IMG/VR virus record: IMGVR_UViG_3300032562_000003
Coordinates: 194,860-258,859 of that record
DNA: 64,000 nt
Strand: one strand, 5' to 3'
This document shows positions 63,865 through 64,000 of this stretch, in pieces. Numbering within the stretch: the first letter of the stretch is position 1; each line of letters opens with the position of its first letter. The notes beneath the pieces are model-generated. The model saw nothing but the letters and a program-made list of their open reading frames with translations. It ran no database searches and was not told the DNA's origin. Both the position numbers and the translations under genes were made by a program.

Positions 63865-64000
63865 ATGCTACCTCCGATATCTGATGAACAAATGATGTGG
63901 TATATCCTTAAGGGGTATACTATTAACGTGGACGTATTCGGAAATCGGGAGTGGTGTCTAAACGGGCAGTGGCACCGAGAAGGCGGCCCGGCGGTTGAAG
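63865..64000 (+). CDS. HRxxGPAVE-repeat-type phage protein (3' truncated)
   Basis: MLPPISDEQ...EWCLNGQWHREGGPAVE, running off the window end. Confidence 0.55.
   Translation, partial: MLPPISDEQMMWYILKGYTINVDVFGNREWCLNGQWHREGGPAVE

Overview
This is a 64 kb segment of a large T4-related (rak2/jumbo-like) myophage genome, almost entirely on the + strand. No integrase, CRISPR array or tRNA was found. Replication and recombination genes: gp32-like SSB, UvsX, UvsY, UvsW, primase, gp41-like helicase, DEDD and PD-(D/E)XK exonucleases, and a 193-aa DnaE-like protein. Nucleotide metabolism: DHFR, ThyA, MazG, NUDIX. Packaging and virion genes: TerL, gp14/gp15-like neck proteins, fibre-like proteins, spanins. 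The window also has two sugar-modification clusters, a MoxR-vWA pair, RNA ligase plus kinase, peptide deformylase, three HNH genes and a circularly permuted (two-piece) tmRNA. The tmRNA and a DUF6152-like gene suggest an alphaproteobacterial host (inference). Expression signals are T4-like late promoters (TAAATA) and sigma70-like promoters. The most notable items are four. (1) UvsW is broken at its DECH motif by an apparent naturally split intein with a free-standing TnsA-like endonuclease between the halves. (2) A ~65-nt structured leader is conserved in front of two related HNH genes that carry 21-25-aa GTH[HN][FW] repeats. (3) A minimal DnaE-like polymerase core sits next to a separate exonuclease. 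(4) Several putative head proteins have T4 capsid-targeting-like N-termini, including a nucleotidyltransferase polyprotein and a ligase-like protein. All product calls come from motif recognition by eye; no searches were run. Four apparent frame breaks may be assembly indels.
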